Below are positions 1 through 12,089 of a DNA stretch of 64,000 bases, one piece after another; the stretch's first letter is position 1; every line of letters starts with the position of its first letter. The notes under the pieces were generated by a model. The model saw nothing but the letters and a program-made list of their open reading frames with translations, searched no databases and was not told the DNA's origin. This DNA is from Mobula hypostoma (Eukaryota). The translations under genes were made by a program, and so were the position numbers. The stretch covers positions 151,282,001-151,346,000 of the forward strand of contig NC_086097.1 of assembly GCF_963921235.1 (NCBI RefSeq), read 5' to 3'.

Positions 1-254
1 CCCCTGAGGGCAGGTGGCAGACCAACTGCTGATGTCACTGATGCTAACCCAGGCCAGCAAACATCTTAATTTTATGTGTATTCTCGTCACATAAGAAATT
101 TATTTAAATTTAAAGGAGTATCAATAAAAATAAATAAATTGTGTTTAAACTACTTTGTTAGCTGGAAGTAGCTCCTTCTTGGCAGGGAGGGTGGCCCACC
201 ACTCAAATTGTGGGAATTGGTAGCTAAACTCACCATAGAGGATAAACAGGGAAG

Positions 255-610
255 TGATGGGTATAGATAGAGTGAATGCAAGCAGGCTTGTTCCACTGAG
301 GCAAGGGGAGAAAAAACCAGAGGACATGGGTTAAGGGTTAAGGGTGAGGGGGGAAAAGCTTAAAGGGTACATCGGGGGGGCTTCTTCACACAGAGAGTGG
401 TGGGAGTGTGGAATGAGCTGCCAGACGAGGTGGTAAATGCGGGTTCTTTTTTAACATTTAAGAATAAATTGGACAGATACATGGATGGGAGGTGTATGGA
501 GGGATATGGTCCGTGTGCAGGTCGGTGGGACTAGGCAGAAAATGGTTCGGCACAGCCAAAAAAGGCCAAAAGGCCTGTTTCTGTGCTGTAGTTTCTATGG
601 TTCTATGGTT
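255..610 (+). mobile_element. CR1 LINE 3' fragment (young family)
   Basis: Encodes the ORF2 C-terminus (FFTQRVVGVWNELPDEVV) and ends in a TTCTATGG repeat tail. It is nearly the reverse complement of 26690-27040. Confidence 0.9.
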
Positions 611-1589
611 CAATGATCTAGTCTTAAAGAGCAGGTAGCTATAGTATAACTCCCTTTAGTGAGAGTACCCATAGCTATCTATAACGGATAGGACTTATGA
701 TTTTTGTTTGAGTTTGGAAGATCTTGGTCAGCAAACCCTATAACATCACACTCTGCCTCTACCATGACATTGACAGTGCACTCCATGCATCCACCAATCT
801 CTGGGTAAAAATCCTACCTCTGACCTCCCCCTCTATACTTTCCTCTGAAGCCCCCTAACTGGCTCATATGAAAACTTGGCTTGTTAGCTGACTCTGCTAA
901 CGGCCACTGGACCGCTTATTGTTTCTTAAACAATATACATCTCGGGTCAATATGATTTGGGTCCAATCAAAGAGGAAAATTGGGATGCTTTGATCAATGG
1001 AACCTCTATTTGAGTGAATGTTGTGTAAATACTGCCCCACACAATTATCTATTGGCAAGAAATAATAGATTGTACACTGCATACAATTATAAGGAAAGTG
1101 TATTTACTAATTTCAGCTATATGAACCAGCTCTTAAGAGGAAAAGAAAAAGAGGACCCATTACAACTAATCCAGTCTAAATGTGAATATAGTTAGAGTTC
1201 GTATTGTCCAAGAGCTGTGTGTCACCGTACTTACGCTCTGAATTCTCGTCACCAATCACTGGTAGAACTTCCCATTTTGGAATCCTTCAACTCGCAAGAC
1301 ATTCTTGCAATTGCGTCTTCCCTTTGGATTGAATCCTACGGCTGATTCTCCTGATCTTCTTGTCTCTGTATCTCCTGCCAAAAAGACCATGAACCCCACC
1401 AGCATCCATCGCAAATCTCTCTCCGCACAGCTTTCTCTAGAACCTTCTCCCATTTCACCATTGGCTGACATAACATTCCAAAGGTGAATATCATACCCCC
1501 CTTATCTTCATCTGACACCCAAACATGCTCTCAGACATGCTAACACAAACATTGTTTCTGCAGAAAGCTACTAAATGAAATGAGGTTTG

Positions 1590-2160
1590 CATTCATCTAT
1601 CACGAAGGATAATGGGTGATGATCATCGTCGTCACAAGCCTGGGTGGAAAATATGGAGGTGCCCTTTCGTCAAGATCTCCCTCACCAGTGTAGTCCAAAG
1701 GAAAGCTTATGAAGCAGTACATTTGGCACCAGCTTGGCTGCCGGAAGGATGTTCAATGACGTCCTGCCACGTCAGGGGCTCCACTCTGGATTTGCGGTCT
1801 GGGTTTATTCCCGTCGATTTTGTCACTCCCGAGGCAGATCACAAGGCAGTGGGGCTATTCAGCCATAGTACCAGAGCGTGTCCACACACCGGTGGGCCTG
1901 CGTGCTACGTGTGCAGGGGCCACACTTCCTCCCCGTCCTCTATAGTTCAGCCTGAGTCCGAAAGGAGTTCAGTTTCCGTGCGTTGCCAGCGAGGAGGCAC
2001 TACATAAGGCTTACTGTTGAAGAGGCTGCGTACTGGCAGGGAGAGACTTACACATTCAGCTCTCTGTTTTGCAAGACTGCTAACTAGTGATGGGAGCTGA
2101 AAGTGAGAGTGACAAGTACTTCGCACTCCACTATCACACTCAGTGCATCACAACAACCAT
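1590..2160 (-). mobile_element. Non-autonomous retroposon resembling an RTE-clade 5' UTR
   Basis: GC/CpG-richer ~570 bp block with no LINE ORF. It shares the motif GAATAAACCC..AAAT..AGAG..GGAG..CCT with the element at 22440-23020 and contains an HDV-like ribozyme core. The family assignment is inferred. Confidence 0.55.
1941..2126 (-). ncRNA. HDV-like self-cleaving ribozyme candidate
   Basis: Minus strand in canonical order: P2 UGUAGU, P3 GCC, L3 UCCUCGCU, P3' GGC, P1' AACGCAC, GG (P1.1), P4 hairpin CUGA-AC-UCC-UUUC-GGA-C-UCAG, J4/2 GCUGA, P2' ACUAUA. The P1 5' strand is uncertain (GUGCG at 2126-2122). Confidence 0.7.
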
Positions 2161-2664
2161 TTTGACACAAAATGAAATACCCTACAGCATTCGCAGTAGA
2201 AACCTTAACCAGGGCAATACACCTCCAATATCTTTAAAATTATATCCTTTCATATTAACCACCTTTACCCTGGGAACAAAGCACTTACTGGCCACGCACT
2301 CTATCATTTCTTCTTACTATCTTATACACCTCTATCAAGCAGAGACACTAGGTTTCCAAAAGTTAAATTATTACAACTTTCCACACACCATATACTGTCT
2401 TATACAAATTTGTGCACTCAAATGGCAATATAAGAAATGGTAATTATAATATTAAGCTACAATAAATGTTTGTACAATGCATATATATATGTTTTTGTTT
2501 TATTAATCACTGCTAAAGGACAAAATTGCCCTTTAACTGTGCAAGTATATTCTAATGGTTTTAATAAATTGCTCAAGTTTATGTTTTAGTGGTACAATAA
2601 GGCAAATGATTATCTTCAACCCGGTGAATATTTGGACCAGGACACACAGACTATTTTTATTTAT

Positions 2665-3335
2665 TTAAGGGACGTGTTCTTTATTGCCCATCCCTAACTG
2701 TCATTGAGAAGATGATGATGAGCTGCCATTTCGGACCACTGTGACCTTGAGGTGTGGGTATATGTGAGAGTTCCAGGATCTTGACACGACAATGATAAAG
2801 GAATAGTAGGAACGTATGTGACTTGAAGAACAATTTCCAGATGCTGATATTTTTGCTGCCCTTATCATTCTAGGTGGTAGAGATTGTGGGTCTGGAAGGT
2901 GCCGTAAAGAGTTGTTTCAGTCAAGTGAATTGTGGATGGAATGCCCATCTAAAGGGCTGCTATGTATATGCTGCCTGGTGTTGAACTTCATGAGTGTTTT
3001 TGAAGCTCCATTCAAACAGGCAAGCAGAGGACATTCTATCACATGCTTGACAAGCCTTGTAGATGGTGGGCAGGTTTTGTGAGTATGGATTCAAGTTATT
3101 CACTGCAGGACTCCTGGCCACTGACCTGTTCTTGCAGTCACATTGTGCATATGGCCACTCCAGTTCAGTTTCTAACCTAAGAGCGTTGATAGTGGGGGAT
3201 TCAATGATGGTCATGCCATTGCATGTCTGGGGTGATGGTGGATATTTTCTTGTTGGGTATCATTATTGTCTGGCACTTATATGACCTGAATATTACTTGC
3301 AACCTATCAGCCTGGTGGGTATTGCCCTGGCCATC
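2665..3335 (-). mobile_element. Old CR1-type LINE 3' remnant
   Basis: Decayed copy. TTTATTGCCCATCCCTAA..GATGATGAGCTGCC resembles the start of 38865-39690, and there is a remnant of IYKA(Q)VRS-type coding. Confidence 0.6.
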
Positions 3336-4059
3336 CTGAAGTTAGGTGTTGACATAATTCAATCTCCACCGTAAAGTTGAATTGTGTCCTTATTTTTATG
3401 AGTTAGTTGTAAATTCTTTCCAAAGGAGTCACGTTATATAAATTGTCATGTTGTAATTAAACATTGCTGCCAGTGCCGATGCTGTCATGTTCAGAGGGAG
3501 ATGCAAGAAGCAGCAAGTGTAGTACAAGTATAATGGATGTTTAAGTTTTATATAGCTCCTGAACTTTTGCATGAATGTTGTTAAAAATAGTATTATGGTA
3601 TTCATGACTTTTCTGTTCAAGAAATAAAGTTGTTCTAACCTGAAAAAAAAAAGTTTGGGGACTTGCGTGTGCTTCTGAAATGTCAGCTGTTAATGATGAA
3701 GTATTCGAAGGGACTATACTTGTAAATTATGTGCACAGTCTGGTCATCGAAAACATTTTGCTGTTATAATCACACATAACTAAGAGCTTTCTCAGGACTC
3801 TCTCTCATCAGCTTTCTGCGATACTGTTGCCTCATCTTGCCTGCCTCACTCAGTCTCTAGGGATTCAACTGCTGCTTGTTTCTTTATGCCAAGATATTCA
3901 ATTCCAGATCTTTCAGACAAACAAACTGTGGAAGGTGCAGATGTCACCACACTTTGGAAAATAGCATTAGGAACATACTGGAGGGAGCCTCCTGGAATTA
4001 ATTAAAATTCAAATTGTTGTCTTTAATATAGCATTGTCCTATTTAGTTTTAGTTAGCTA

Positions 4060-4345
4060 GTCATGGTTCAGTGGGTCACATACTCAGCTCTAGGTTAGAA
4101 ACTGTGGGCAAAAGATCCATTTCAGAGATTTGAGTATAAAAAATTAGACTGGCATTCCATTGCTGTGCCGACAGACTGATGCAATTCAGATGAAATCTTA
4201 AACTGAGGTCCCATCTGCTCTTATAAGTAGATGCAGTACTAATGAGAGGATATATCTTGGCTAATATTTATTCCTAAATGCCATAACTAAAAATAAATTA
4301 TCTGGGCATTATCACATTGCTGTTTGTTGGAATGTGCAGAATTTT
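4060..4345 (+). mobile_element. DeuSINE-superfamily SINE (SacSINE1/AmnSINE1-like), decayed
   Basis: Deu-domain-like motifs TCAGATGAAATCTTAAACTGAGGTCCCATCTGCTCT, CTTGGCTAATATTTATTCCT and ATTATCTGGGCATTATCACATTGCTGTTTG. Confidence 0.7.
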
Positions 4346-4559
4346 GATAATTCAATGTACAGGGAGACATAATGATTCATTCATCCTTTCATCATTTAAT
4401 GCCCTTGAACACTATCTATTGTTTGGATTCTTGCAAACTTAGAATATTTAATACTGCAGTGGTAGCAAATGTTGAAGAAAATGACAACCAATGATGTAAA
4501 GAAACATGATAATGGGAAACATACTCAAATTGAAAGGAAATCTTGCATTTATATACAGT

Positions 4560-6055
4560 CAACACACATCAAAGTTGCTGGTGAATGCAGCAGGCCAAGC
4601 AGCATCTGTAGGAAGAGGTGCAGTCGACGTTTCAGTCCGAGACCCTTCGTCAGGACTAACTGAAGGAAGAGTGAGTAAGGGATTTGAAAGTTGGAGGGGG
4701 AGGGGGAGATCCAAAATGATAGGAGAAGACAGGAGGGGGAGGGATAGAGCTGAGAGCTGGACAGGTGATAGGCAAAAGGGGATACGAGAGGATCATGGGA
4801 CAGGAGGTCCGGGAAGAAAGACGGGGGGGGGGACCCAGAGGATGGGCAAGAGGTATATTCAGAGGGACAGAGGGAGAAAAAGGAGAGTGAGAGAAAGAAA
4901 GTGTGCATAAAAATAAGTAACAGATGGGGTACGAGGGGGAGGTGGGGCTTTAGCGGAAGTTAGAGAAGTCGATGTTCATGCCATCAGGTTGGAGGCTACC
5001 CAGACGGAATATAAGGTGTTGTTCCTTCAACCTGAGTGTGGCTTCATCTTTACAGTAGAGGAGGCCGTGGATAGACATGTCAGAATGGGAATGGGATGTG
5101 GAATTAAAATGTGTGGCCACTGGGAGATCCTGCTTTCTCTGGCGGACAGAGCGTAGATGTTCAGCAAAGCGGTCTCCCAGTCTGCGTCGGGTCTCGCCAA
5201 TATATGAAAGGCCACATCGGGACACAGTATATCACCCCAGTCGACTCACAGGTGAAGTGTTGCCTCACCTGCAAGGACTGTTTGGGGCCCTGAATGGTGG
5301 TAAGGGAGGAAGTGTAAGGGCATGTGTAGCATTTGTTCCGCTTACACGGATAAGTGCCAGGAGGGAGATCAGTGGGGAGGGATGGGGGGGGACGAATGGA
5401 CAAGGGAGTTGTGTAGGGAGCGAATGCAGAGAGAGGGGGGGAGGGAAAGATGTGCTTAGTGGTGGGATCCCGTTGGAGGTGGCGGAAGTTACGGAGAATA
5501 ATATGTTGGACCCAGAGGCCGGTGGGGTGGTAGGTGAGGAGCAAGGGAACCCTATTCCTAGTGGGGTGGCGGGAGGATGGAGTGAGAGCAGATGTACGTG
5601 AAATGGGGGAGATGTGTTTAAGAGCAGAGTTGATAGTGGAGGAAGGGAAGCCCCTTTCTTTAAAAAAGGAAGACATCTCCCTCGTCCTGGAATGAAAAGC
5701 TTCATCCTGAGAGCAGATGCAGCGGAGACGGAGGAATTGCGAGAAGGGGATGACGTTTTTGCAAGAGACAGGGTGAGAAGAGGAATAGTCCAGATAGCTG
5801 TGAGAGTCAGTAGGCTTATAGTAGACATCAGTGGATAAGCTGTCTCCAGAGACAGAGACAGAAAGATCTAGAAAGGGGAGGGAGGTGTCAGAAATGGACC
5901 AGGTAAACTTGAGGGCAGGGTGAAAGTCGGAGGCAAAGTTAATAAAGTCAACGAGTTCTGCATGCGTGCAGGAAGCAACGCCAATGCAGTCGTCGATGTA
6001 GCGAAGGAAAAGTGGGGGACAGATACCAGAATAGGCATGGATTGTTTTCATTTAA
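4560..6055 (-). mobile_element. Penelope-like element, 5'-truncated (RT C-terminus + GIY-YIG endonuclease + terminal repeat)
   Basis: ORF 5161-6051 has LRYIDDC and ends in GVIYCV. Frameshifted ORF 4950-5225 has YIGETRRRLGDRFAEH. A 13-bp TSD ATTTATATACAGT lies at 4547-4559 and 6056-6068. Confidence 0.95.
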
Positions 6056-6479
6056 ATTTATATACAGTACTCAGTTTGGTTTGTAACCATCTTTTCCATG
6101 TAGTCTTTGCAATGATATAGGAAATACAGATGCTAACTGTACACGGCCGAATAAATTTGATCCAGTGCCCAAGCACTAAAGCCAGTACTCTAAGAGAAGT
6201 TAATAGCTCCCTATCTGAAAGATTTTGCTCCTGTGTCAGTTGTAATTAATGGGACTGCCCAAATAATTGTGACATTACCTACTTGCATTATACAAGACTG
6301 GCCATCAAATTGATGATCTTGCAAAAGTTCTTTGTTAACACCATACATGAACATGTGACCATGACCTTAGTGGAAGAGGCATTTTGCACCACTGGAAGAA
6401 ATTTTCTCACACACAAAGAAGGAATTTTGAAAGAGACTTCCAGTGAAGAAAGCTTGTGAAATAAATGTAAAATCATGTT

Positions 6480-6835
6480 TAGATTCATAGAGCGATAGAA
6501 CAACAAAGCGCAGATAAAGGCCCTTTAGCCCAGCAAGTCCACGCCGACCATAATGTCCAATCATTTTGTCCCAATATCTTGCATTCAGCCCATATCACTC
6601 TAAGCTTCACACCTACATGTACCTGTCCTAAATGATACTATTGTACTATCTCAACCACTTCACTGCATCTTGCTCCATCTACTCATCACTCTCTGCTTGA
6701 AAAAACTACCCCTCAAGTCCTTTTTAAATCTATGCCCCTAGTTTTGGATTCGATGTCCCTCATGATTTTACATACACTCCAAGGAATAAGTAACTTTCTT
6801 GGCCAACGTCTCCTTATAAGTCATCCTCTTAAATC
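6480..6835 (-). mobile_element. Old CR1 3' fragment
   Basis: Decayed CR1 3' UTR (GGCCCTTTAGCCC) and ORF2 end. Confidence 0.6.
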
Positions 6836-6988
6836 TTAGAACATAGAACATAAAACATTTCTGCCCAGGAACAGGCCATTCAGCCCACAATGTTGTGCTG
6901 TACCAGCTAAAAAGCAAATCAAAAACACCCAAAAACTAATCCCTCTTGCCAACACCATGTCCATATCCCTTCATCTTCCTTACATTCA

Positions 6989-7379
6989 AAGGTTTCAGAG
7001 GTTTCAAATGTACATTTAATGTCAGAGAAGTGTATACAGTATACATCCTGAAATTCTTTTTCTTTGCAACCATCCACGAAAACAGAGGAGTGCCTCAAAG
7101 TATGAACGACAGTTAAATGTTAGAATCCCAAAGTCGTCCCACCCAGCTCCCCTCCTTCCCGCGCGTAAGCCGCAACAAGCAACAACCCCCCTCCCCCCAC
7201 CAGCAAAAAAAAAACATCGGCACCCACCACCAAACACTCAAGCGTGAGCAAGCCAACAGCAAAGGCACAGACTTGCAATACCCCAAAGACTACTCATTCA
7301 CCTGGTATTCAACATACCACAAGCTCTCTCTGTCCCTAATAAGGGAGAAAGTGGTGTTTCCGTTTTACAGCGAGAGGGG
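6989..7379 (-). mobile_element. Rex1/Babar-type LINE 3' UTR fragment inserted in CR1
   Basis: The end at 7010-7070 resembles 47385-47445, which is attached to a Rex1 ORF. It is flanked by ATTCA at 6984-6988 and 7380-7384. Confidence 0.65.
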
Positions 7380-10034
7380 ATTCATGTGCATATCTAAATA
7401 TCTCTTAAAAGCCTCTAATGTATTTGCCTCTGCCACCAGACCAGGCAGCACATTTCAGGCATCCATGATCCTCTGAGTCAAAAAGTTACCCCTCACATCC
7501 CTTTTGAGCCTAGCCCCCTCTCAACTTCAATGTATGTTCTCCAGTATTAGACATTTCCACCCTGGGAAACAGATACTCCCTGCCTACCTTATCTAAGCAT
7601 TTCATAATCTTATAAACCTCTATCTGATCTCCCCTCAGCCTTCACTGCTCCAAAGAAAACAACCTGTTTGTCGAACCTCTCATGGAGGCACATGCCCTCT
7701 AAATCAAGCACGTGCTATGATAAATCTCTTCTTCACCCTCTCCAAAGCATCAACATCGTTCCTATAGAGAGGTGACAGGAAATGTATTCAATTCTCCAGT
7801 TACGGTATAACTAGAGTTTTATAAAGTTGCAACAAAATCTCTTGATTTTTGAACTAAATACCTTAACTAATAAAAGCAAGCTTTCCATAAGCCTTCTTAA
7901 CCACTCTGTTGACCTGCGTAGCCGCTTTCAAGGAGCTGTGAACTTGGATCCCAAGATCTCTCTGCTCAGCAACACTTTTAAGGATCTTGCCCTTAACCGC
8001 GTACCGTCTCCTTGCATTTTCCCTACCAAGGTGCAACACCTCACAGTTATCTGCGTTAGACTCCAACAGCCATTTCTCAGCCCATATCTGCAACTGATCT
8101 ATATCACACTGTATTCTTTGCCAATCTTCTACACTACTCACAACTCCACCAATCTTGGTATCATCTGCAGATTTGTAAATTCCACCCCGCCCCCGATCTA
8201 CATTTTCATCCAGGCCATTTATATACATCACAAACAGCAGCGATCCCAGTACAGATCCCTGCAGAACACCACTAATTACAGACCCCCACTTCAAATAAGT
8301 CCCTTCCATCACTACCCTCTGTCTTCTATACACAAGCCAGTTCTGAATCCAAGCAGCCAATTCGACATGGATCGCATGCATCATAATCATCTGGATTAGA
8401 CCCCATGAGGGACAGTTTTTAAACGCCTTACTAAAATCTACGTAGACAATATCCACTGCCCTATCTTCATCACCTTGTCAAAAAATTCAATCAAGTTAAT
8501 AAGACACAAAATACTGGCTCTCCCTAATTCGACAAAGTGCTTCCAAATGCTCGTATATCTTATCCTTAAGAATTTTTATCCAACAAATTCCTTACAACTG
8601 ACATGAAACTTAACAATTTATTGTTCCCAGGATTTCCCCTTGTTCCCTTCATAAATAGTTCCACCAGGAACTTGTCAGTGGCTAGAAAGGACACAAAGGT
8701 ACTGGTCAAGGCCCCCACATTCTTGTCTCTTGCCTCCTTCAATAACCTGGGGTAAAACCCATCAGGCCCTGGGGATATCCACCTTAATACTCATTTGGAA
8801 GCCCAATATTTCCTACTCTTTGACTTCTAAATGCCCTAACATATTTATATACTCAGCACTGATCTCCTGGGCTTCCATATCCTTTTCCTTGGTAAATACT
8901 GAAGCAAAGTATTCATTAAGTAACTCACTCATATTCTCTGCATCCAAGTAAATGCCCCCCCCCCCTTTATCCTTGAGTGGTTCCACCCTCTCCCTAGTTA
9001 TCCTTTTACTTTTGGTTCATGTATAGAATGCCTTGGGATTCACCTTAATCCTACTTGCCAAGGACTTTTCATGGCCCCTCCTGACTTTCCTAATTCCCTT
9101 CTTTACTTCTGTTCTGGCTTCTTTTTACTCCTTATGTGATCCTAACTTTTGAAGCTTTACGTACTTTTCCTTGTTCTTCTTGATTAAATTCGTCACCTCT
9201 CTGGATATCCAAAATTCACTTATCTTTCTATCCCCATCCTTTCTTCTAACAGGAGCATACTTTTCCTGTATTCTGTGCAATTCATCACTAACCACCCTCC
9301 AGATGTCCGATGTGGACTTGTCCGAATAAAGGTGTTCCAGTTTACTCTTCTTAGTTCCTGCCTAATGCCCTTGTAACTTGCCCTACTCCAATTTAAAACT
9401 CTCCCACAAGGACCATACCTATCCTTACCTATATCTGAAAATTAACGAGTTGTGGTCACTGTTCCCTGACTGCTCATCCACTGAAAGGCAGTCATCTGGA
9501 CAGGCTCATCACCCAACACCAGCTCCAGTCCAGCCCCTGCTCTCATTGGACCATCCAAATATTGATTTAAGAAACCTTCCTGAAAACACTTAACAAATTC
9601 TGCCCATCCAAACCCCTTGCACGTGGAAGCTTCCAATTTATATTAGGGAAGTTGAAATTCCCTAAGCCAACAGCCCTATTATTTTTTCACATTTCCTTAA
9701 TCAGATTACATGCAGTATCTGTTCCTCAGCATCCCAGATGCTATTGGGGACTTGTATAATTGCAATCTTCAATTTCTTGAGTTCTACACAAATAGACTCA
9801 GTGTATGAACCCTCCATCATGTTTCCCCTGAGTGAATCTGTGATATTGACCCTGATTAGTTGTGCAATTCCCCCCCCCCCCTTTTACCCCCTTCTCTATC
9901 TTTTCTAGAACTATAAAAACCTGGTACATTAATCGTGTATTTCTTCCCTTCTCTCAGCAAAGTTTCAGTAATGGCCACATCATAGTCAATGTACTGATCC
10001 ATGCACTAAGTTCTTCACCTTTATCCATAATACT

Positions 10035-11130
10035 CCATAAGACCATAAGGTATAGAAGCAGAATTGGACCATTTGGCCCTTCGAGTTTGCTCCACGATTT
10101 CATCATGGCTGATCCATTTTTCCTCTCGGCCGCAATCTCCTGCCTTCTCCCCGTATCCTTTCATGCCCCGACTAATCAAGAGTTATCAACCTCTGCCTTA
10201 AATATTCATGAAGACTTGGCTTCCACAGCTGCCTGCAGCAAAGAATTCCACAGATTCAGTGCTCTCTGGCCAAAGAAATTTGTCCTCATCTCTATTCTAA
10301 AAGGATGCCACTCTATTTTGAGGCTGTGTCATCTAGTCTTAGACACTCCCACCATAGAAAACATCCTCTCCACATCCACTCTATCAAGGCCTTTCACCAT
10401 TCAATAGGTTTCAATTAGGTCACCCATCATTCATCTAAATTCCAGTGAATACAGGCCCAGAGCCATCAAACACACTTCATATGACAAACCATTCAATCCT
10501 GGAATCATCTTTGTGAGCTTCCTCTGAACCCTTTCCAATTTCAGCGCATCCTTTCTAAGATAAGGGGCCCAAAACTGCTCATAATACTCCAAGTGAGGCT
10601 TCACCAGTGCTGTATAAAGTCTCAACATTATATCCTATTTTTTATATCCTAGTCCTCTTGAAATGAATGCTAATATCACATCTGCCTTCCTCACCACAGA
10701 CTCAATCTACAAATTAGCCTTCAGGGAATCCTGCACAAGGACTCCCAAATCCCTTTGCTCCTCAGATTTTTTGTATTTTTTCTCCATTTAGAAAGTAGTC
10801 AACCCTTTCATTTCTTCTACCAAACTACATGATCATACACTTCCCGACACTGTATTCCATCTGCCACTTCTTTGCCCTTTCTCCTAGTCTGTCTGTTCTT
10901 CTGTAGCCTCCCTATTTCCTCAAAACTACCTGCCCCTCTACCTATCTTCATATTGTCGGCAGACTTTGCAACAAAGTAATCAATTCCATCATCCAAAACA
11001 TTAATATATAACATAACAAGAATCGATCCAATGCAGACCTCTGTGGAATACCACCAGTCACCATCAACCAACCAGAAAAGGCTCTCTTTATTCTCACTCT
11101 GCCTCCTACCCATCAGCCACTGCTTTTTCC
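10035..11130 (-). mobile_element. CR1 3' fragment nested in an older CR1
   Basis: ORF 10431-10628 (LYTALVKPHLEY..QFWAPYLRKD), ORF 10817-11167 (SADNMKIG), and an ATAAGACCATAAG tail. Confidence 0.85.
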
Positions 11131-11489
11131 ATAATCTATAATTTAATACATTAGCATTAAAATACACTTCAAATTATCTGACCCATCATACCTGTTATTT
11201 CGATTTTGCCTTTCAATAGTTCTCTGACATCTACGTTCCGGTCCAGTCCTTCCCCTGCTGACTTGGTGCTCCAGTTTTCAGTCCTCTGCAAAACTAGTTT
11301 AAACTCTCCGGAGTAGCATGGCAGATCTCCTGATCAGGATATGGTTCCCCTCCAGTTCGGGTGCAACCTGTCCCACTTGTACCTCTTCCCTAGAAAAGGT
11401 GCTAAAGATCCAAGACTTTGAAACCCTGTCGCTTGCAACATTTCCTCAGCCATTCATTCATCCGTGCTATCACCCCATCCTCTCTCCAT

Positions 11490-11840
11490 GACACAGAGGC
11501 TGTGAGACAGCCGCAGCTGGTATGTTTAGTGTCTCCAAGCTTCACGGTGATTTGCTTCGCTATTATGATGAACTGAGACCCAGGGTTTGGGCCTACTCTA
11601 GACTGCTCTGGGAATTTGGATCTAGGGACTTTAATTTGGTTTGGAATGTTGTGCTCACTTCTATTGTTTGTATGATCTGTGTGTTCTTTTTATTTTTCTC
11701 TGTGCAGTGGGTGTTGATCTTTATCTTTTTTTTAAATTGGGTTCTTTCTGGTTTCTTGTTTTGTGGTTGCCTGTAAGCAGAAAAATCTCAATGTTCTATA
11801 ATTTATACATTCTTCTGTAATATAGTTACTTGAATCTTGA
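11490..11840 (+). mobile_element. Rex1-type 3' UTR fragment
   Basis: T-rich body and terminal ..AATCTCAA..ATACAT..TACTTGAATCTTGA, similar to 18330-18412. Confidence 0.5.
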
Positions 11841-12089
11841 TTACTACCTTGGCAGTCCTTCTCTCCAGCCTCTTTCCTAACTCTGTATACTCTCTGCATA
11901 AGACTCTTCCCTTTTTCTACCTATATCATTTGTGCCAATATGCAGCATGACCTCTGGCTGTTCATCCTCCCCCTTGAGAAGATCATGCAACCACTCTGAT
12001 ACATCCTGAACCCTTGCACCTGGGAGGCATCACACCATCTTGGTGTCTCTTTTGTGGCCGTAGACTCTCCCCCAAACTGTCGAGTCCCC

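Larger units (their letters stand above)
6836..11480 (-). mobile_element. CR1 LINE, decayed, host to nested insertions
   Basis: RT remnants (VYVDFSKAF, QGSVLG, SADDTKIGG in ORF 7863-8456), APE remnant near 9400-9900, and an ACATAGAACAT tail at ~6836. Confidence 0.85.
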
